A stretch of DNA of 64,000 nucleotides, from assembly GCA_964016885.1 (NCBI GenBank), contig OZ024741.1:132990001-133054000 (forward strand), read 5' to 3'. The translations under genes were made by a program, and so were the position numbers. This DNA comes from Eledone cirrhosa (Eukaryota). Below the pieces are notes generated by a model that ran no database searches, was not told the origin of the DNA, and saw nothing but the letters and a program-made list of their open reading frames with translations. Shown here piece by piece: positions 63,290-64,000 of the stretch (position 1 is the stretch's first letter; each line of letters starts with the position of its first letter).

Positions 63290-64000
63290 CCTACTGACTG
63301 TAGGTTTCGCTTTGTACATAGGCGAGGCAGGTCTTCTGTATTACTGCGTAGCACCAAAGATCTCGGTCCAGTGACATTGTCTTAGAGAGGTGCAAGTGTG
63401 TAAGGTCGAAATTTATCAGATCGTTCCACGTTTTTCTGGGTCTACCTACTCCGTAACTACCATCAATTTTGATCGCCCTGCACTTTTTTATACAGCTGTT
63501 GTCTTTCATGCGCATCACGTGGCCATACCAACGTAGTCTTCTCTCAAGTAAACAACATCTGATTTCCTCTTATTTCTAATTTCTCACTTAGTTCATTTAT
63601 GCTTTGCCGTTCACGTATATTACTATTACACATCCAATGAAGCATGCATGCTTCGTTCCTTTCCAGTCTACACAGGTCCTCTGCACGCAATGCCCATGTC
63701 TCACTGCCATGTAGCATTGCTGCTCGTATACAGGCATCATGCAATCTGCCTTTCATTTTTAGAGAGAAACCTTTTGTGGCCAACAGCGGTATAAGCTCTC
63801 TGAACTTTTTCCATCCCGTTCTGATTCTGGCTACTGTACTTTCAGAACACCCTCCACCACTGCTGATTTCATCACCCAGGTAATGGAAAGTGTCCACTAT
63901 TTCTATAGAACCATTGGGCAATAGAAGGAGCTAGTATCCTGTGGGTACTTGCTACTTATTGCACCTGAGCATCGGCCACATATAAAGTCTATGTTCTTAG
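63290..64000 (-). mobile_element. RTE-type LINE 3' part, runs off the window edge
   Basis: ORF track: VDTFHYLGD, ARIRTGWKKFREL, MLHGSETWAL and GRPRKTW. Confidence 0.88.

Overview
Eukaryotic, AT-rich, repeat-dense DNA. The SINE families, (TA)/(TACA)/(CAT) microsatellites and TE mix look to me like an octopod cephalopod; this is pattern recognition, not a database result. I recognise no host protein-coding gene. Most listed ORFs are microsatellite or antisense-TE artefacts. The real coding remnants are all transposon-derived: a 5'-truncated CR1-group LINE RT (54385-56175) with a second 3' copy (61695-62265), many RTE LINE fragments, a decayed Penelope-like element (RT + GIY-YIG) with inverted pseudo-LTRs (35477-37829) and a hAT/Charlie-type transposase pseudogene (48591-49645). 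There are two tRNA-derived SINE families, TTAA and hAT MITEs, and several minisatellites. Non-TE signals: (i) a compact, probably bidirectional Pol II promoter at ~17440-17590, with a plausible minus-strand first exon and a non-coding second exon at 12758-12879; (ii) three minus-strand polypyrimidine-YAG|GTAAG junctions at 59571, 46817 and 33831, spaced 12,754 and 12,986 nt apart, each followed by a nearby cryptic donor. This is the signature of recursive splice sites (ratchet points) in a very long intron, and one site appears to have been created by a point mutation inside an antisense LINE relic. This is the best candidate for an undescribed system here, but it rests on motifs and needs RNA evidence. 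TE boundaries are read by eye and are approximate unless a TSD is quoted.
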